In this document: one piece after another, positions 60,722-64,000 of the stretch
How the letters are laid out: each line of letters opens with the position of its first letter
Numbering within the stretch: the first letter of the stretch is position 1
NCBI GenBank assembly: GCA_009103225.1
Contig: RHPI01002368.1
Location: 649,397 to 713,396 of the forward strand
Length of the DNA: 64,000 bases
Reading direction: 5' to 3'
DNA from: Chlorokybus atmophyticus
Lineage: Eukaryota > Plantae > Mesostigma and Chlorokybus algae
Position numbers and translations under genes: made by a program
The notes under the pieces: generated by a model
Told to the model about the DNA's origin: nothing
The model's input: the letters and a program-made list of their open reading frames with translations, nothing else
The model's database searches: none

Positions 60722-62439
60722 GTTTGAGGCTTGCTGTATATAAAAAGGGGTGATTTTCAGATAGCCGTTATAACATGCGCTGATTTGCCATGCCAGCCAT
60801 CCATTTCTATTCTAGAATGCAGATGCGCGGTGCGGTCCTCTTACAAGGGTCGAACCGCGCTATCCACTTCAACTCCACCTCGTAGACACGGCATACGCTC
60901 CCACTGTTAACGGCTTTGACTTTTGCTGTGTTTACGGGGACGTACGGATACATGGGGCAAGCATATTAGCCTTTTTTGCCGCAAAAACATGATGGTTAGA
61001 GAGTCTCTACTTGAGACACTAAGGGCACGACAGGGAGCTAGCTCTGCCCTACAGTAGTAGCTACGGCGCAGATTGTGTGCATGGCCAGCAGGAGCTCTCA
61101 AACTGCGACAAGCAGCACAGACCCATATGAGGATGCACACACCCTAATCATGAAATCATGCATGGAGGTTGTACCTGGCCTCTTTCGCGGCGATAAGATT
61201 GGCGTTGAGAGGTGCGATGCCGTTCTCGCACCAAATGCCAAGCAAGATGACTTCTGCTTCAAGCGGCATGTCGCCAGGGCAAGCAGCTGTGGACTTGCTG
61301 AATTTGCTTTAATGTGAGCCTGAGCTTGCGGCACGGGCAAACCATACACATACTATATACCACTTTTGCAGGTCTTCAGGGTATATACTTGAACAACCAC
61401 CATGTTATTTGAAGTGTACAAGGGCGAGATACCATACACAAATGACAACCATCTACCGGGCTAGTTCGAGCTCAACGGCATTTAGCAACAAAACAACCGG
61501 CAAACAAATCAAGGTCATGTGGTCTCTGATTGCGTGTTTGCTGAACTTCGCTGGTTAGCTAGTCAGCTGCTGGTCTGGTTTGCTAGTGTTACTCTTTCAT
61601 TGATCTAGCAGATTTTGTCCGGAGCTACTACTGAACCTACACTTGGATTTAACCAGACCTGGAGTTGCAGTCCAAAGCTAGAGGTAAACTAGGATCTGAA
61701 GTTGTAGCAGCAATAGCAGCAGCATTAGTAGTAGTAGAGTATGATGATTTGTCATTATACTGTGTATATCTTCATGTCCACTTGTTTACCAGGGTTTTGT
61801 TGCAATGCGTCGCAATGCATAGTGAAAAACCATTCTATTCATACCAGCATGAATCGTTTGTGCCAGTGCTGGCACTACATAGCACAGTTGAACACCAATG
61901 TCAGCACATCCATATGGCTTGTGTCAGTGCTGCCACGAGAAGATCATGTGCTAGTGCTGGCATGGTCCGTTTTTGTTTTCTTTGTTATATAGTTATACAA
62001 CCAGCGATGGAACGCGGCTTAATTATGCCAGTGCGGCTCTATCTTCGGCATGCCTGTACTAGCACAACACCGTTTGTGCCTTACCAGTAGGTAAATTAGT
62101 GACCAATACTGGCAAAAACATTTTGTGCCAGATTTGGAGGGGCTTCACATTTAGCTTCAAAAAGCAGATACCAGTATTGGCACAATTGGTTTGTGCAAGT
62201 ACTGGCACAGCCTGCAAGCCCCATGTGTTTGTTGAGTTTGGCTTCCGTTTTTAATGAAAATTGCTATCATATCATAATGTTACATGTTGTACCTTACAAC
62301 AAGATTTAAAGCACTTTTATTAAAGTCAACTAGTCTCCACCATTATGGTTATATGTATGCCTACCAGCTATCACAACGTTACATGTACCTTACAACACAC
62401 ATATTACAGCAATGTCACTGGAGTTGATTTTGATGCCAC

Positions 62440-62930
62440 TTTCAGGCCTACGTATAGCCATGTTAGCTACGAAAGCTTGCATTGCATGCTATGCTTTATT
62501 AAATCGGCAACACACAAGGTCTCTGTCGTTGTTTCTGTCGTTGTTTCTGTCGTTGTTTCTGTCGCTACATCAGGCTTACATGTAGGCCTGCCAGCTACGA
62601 CAGTCTGCAATTAATTTCACGACTTTAAAATCATACGCACAATTGACCTTACAATTTCCGTCAAAACCCATCTCACAGATATTTAGCTCACAACGCTCAG
62701 ACCTACATGTAGCCATGTCAGCTGCGAAAGCTTGCGCTGCATGTTATACCTTATTACATTAGCAACACACAAGTTTTCAAGCATTAATGTTGTCGTGGTT
62801 GTTTCTGCCGCTGCAATCAGGCATACATGCAGGCCTGCAAGCTACGAAAGTCTGTTTTTAACTTATCGGTACTCTAAATCATGAGCACAATTGACCTCAC
62901 AATTCCCGTCAAGACTGATCTCGCAAAACT
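62440..62930 (+). repeat. About 255-bp diverged tandem duplication with a 12-bp microsatellite (GTTTCTGTCGTT) at 62522-62565
   Basis: 62440-62690 resembles 62695-62930. Confidence 0.8.
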
Positions 62931-62975
62931 ATACAGGTCGTGACGATACGAAAAATCCAATAGTTTACCTAGCAT

Positions 62976-63048
62976 TTCCCACGCCGGGACTTGAACCCGG
63001 GTCTCGCGGGTGAGAGCCGCGTATCCTGACCAACTAGACTACGTGGGA
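62976..63048 (-). tRNA. tRNA-Glu(CTC): tRNA-Glu (anticodon CTC), 73 nt
   Basis: TCCCACG/CGTGGGA acceptor stem, CGCGG-CT CTC AC-CCGCG anticodon arm, GGTTCAAGTCC T-arm; T5 terminator at 62951-62955. Confidence 0.97.
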
Positions 63049-63286
63049 GGGCTGTGTAATGGACGGTGGTAAAGCAACTTATAGCTTGTTGCTATAACCA
63101 TTGGTCTGACAACGGAGGTTCCGTTGCTAAAAATAACGCTCCCACTCACAGTCAGAGTCAAACGGCCCAGACTCCTCGCTCACCGCACCACGGCCTGGCT
63201 GCTGGATGGTGGAGGGGAGGGACAACAAGCAGCACGCACAAACACTTTCGGTGATGTGCTCACTCATTGACCCCTCCCCCCCCCAG

Positions 63287-63794
63287 CTCTCGTGCCCTTT
63301 CTGACTTCGGGGAGGCGCGTTGCTGTCCGTCTCCTCCTGGGCAGCCTCCTCCTGCTCCGTCGACGCCGCCGCCAACGATGCTGGCGGCGGTGCTGCCCGT
63401 GCTGCCTCCTTCGGGGATGGACACCGCCTTCCAGGCCTCCTCCTCCCCACCGCCGCCCGTTGTGGTCGAGGTAGAGGTAGAGGAGGGGCAGGGAGGGGCG
63501 GCGAGGGAGGAGGAGGAGGAGGAGGAGGAGTCTCCGCCGCCGCCTGCGACGCCGCCTGGTGAGGGCGCCTACGTGCGTAAGGCGGTGGCGGCGGCGCGCG
63601 GTGAGGCGGAGGCGGCGGTGTCCGCCGAGCGATCCCGCGCCGACGCCCTGGTCAAGGAGCTGGACGCCCTGCGCCTGGCCACGGAGGACGCCCACAGCAA
63701 GGCCAGGGAGGACCTCATCACCACTAAGGACGAGCTCACCAGCCTGAGGGAACAGCTGGCGGTCGCAGAGTACCAGCTAGCAAACAAGTGCCAG
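63287..63794 (+). CDS. Internal exon of a host gene: Pro/Glu-rich region then coiled coil
   Basis: Acceptor TTGAC..poly-C..CAG at 63286; donor CAG|GTAGGG at 63795; very GC-rich codons; intact frame. Confidence 0.75.
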
Positions 63795-63871
63795 GTAGGG
63801 TGGGTGTGTGGGTTTGCAAACACGCTGCTTGACATGGCATTTGCGTCACTTTAGTGGTGCACGCATTTCAG

Positions 63872-63953
63872 GAGTTGAGCGTGACGCGCGAGGAGTTGGG
63901 TCGCGCCATGAAGGGGCACAGCGACCACAAGGCCGAGCTTGACGAGGAGATCG
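63872..63953 (+). CDS. Next exon of the same host coiled-coil gene (ELSVTREELGRAMKGHSDHKAELDEEI)
   Basis: Intron 63795-63871 (GT...TTTCAG) joins in frame; probable donor GT at 63954. Confidence 0.7.
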
Positions 63954-64000
63954 GTCATATGCATGTGCGTTTGCATAATCGTCTCTCTCCCCCCGCACAA

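Noticed and set aside
61060-62050. Possible capsid or other gene downstream of the hairpin
   Set aside because: Short ORFs without recognisable motifs; no support either way.
63264-63835. Minus-strand Arg-rich ORFs
   Set aside because: GC-rich shadow frames of the plus-strand exon, which has proper splice sites.

Overview
Eukaryotic nuclear DNA from a green-lineage organism. The tRNA-Glu is plant-type and the GC-rich spliced exons at the right end look algal; a streptophyte or chlorophyte alga is my inference. About 62 kb is a nested transposon cluster with most ORFs decayed by C>T/G>A changes. It contains: two DIRS-type tyrosine-recombinase retroelements plus a fragment; a full-length Ty3/gypsy chromovirus (7347-13720, TSD GTGTC); two full-length Ty1/copia elements (14819-19615, TSD AGAGG; 49464-54352, TSD CTTTT); a tandem gag-only copia derivative; a TRIM; a gypsy element with a C5 cytosine methyltransferase between protease and RT (33880-42180, minus), back-to-back with an intact gag-protease sister ORF; a Sola2-like transposase remnant; and an L1 3' fragment. 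The cluster ends at tRNA-Glu(CTC) and a host coiled-coil gene. The least expected signal is a decayed reading frame at about 57790-58580. Its motifs match parvovirus Rep/NS1 (nuclease C-terminal half, linker, SF3 helicase) in order and spacing, and a perfect 69-bp hairpin lies downstream. All alignments were done by eye against remembered consensus motifs; no searches were run.
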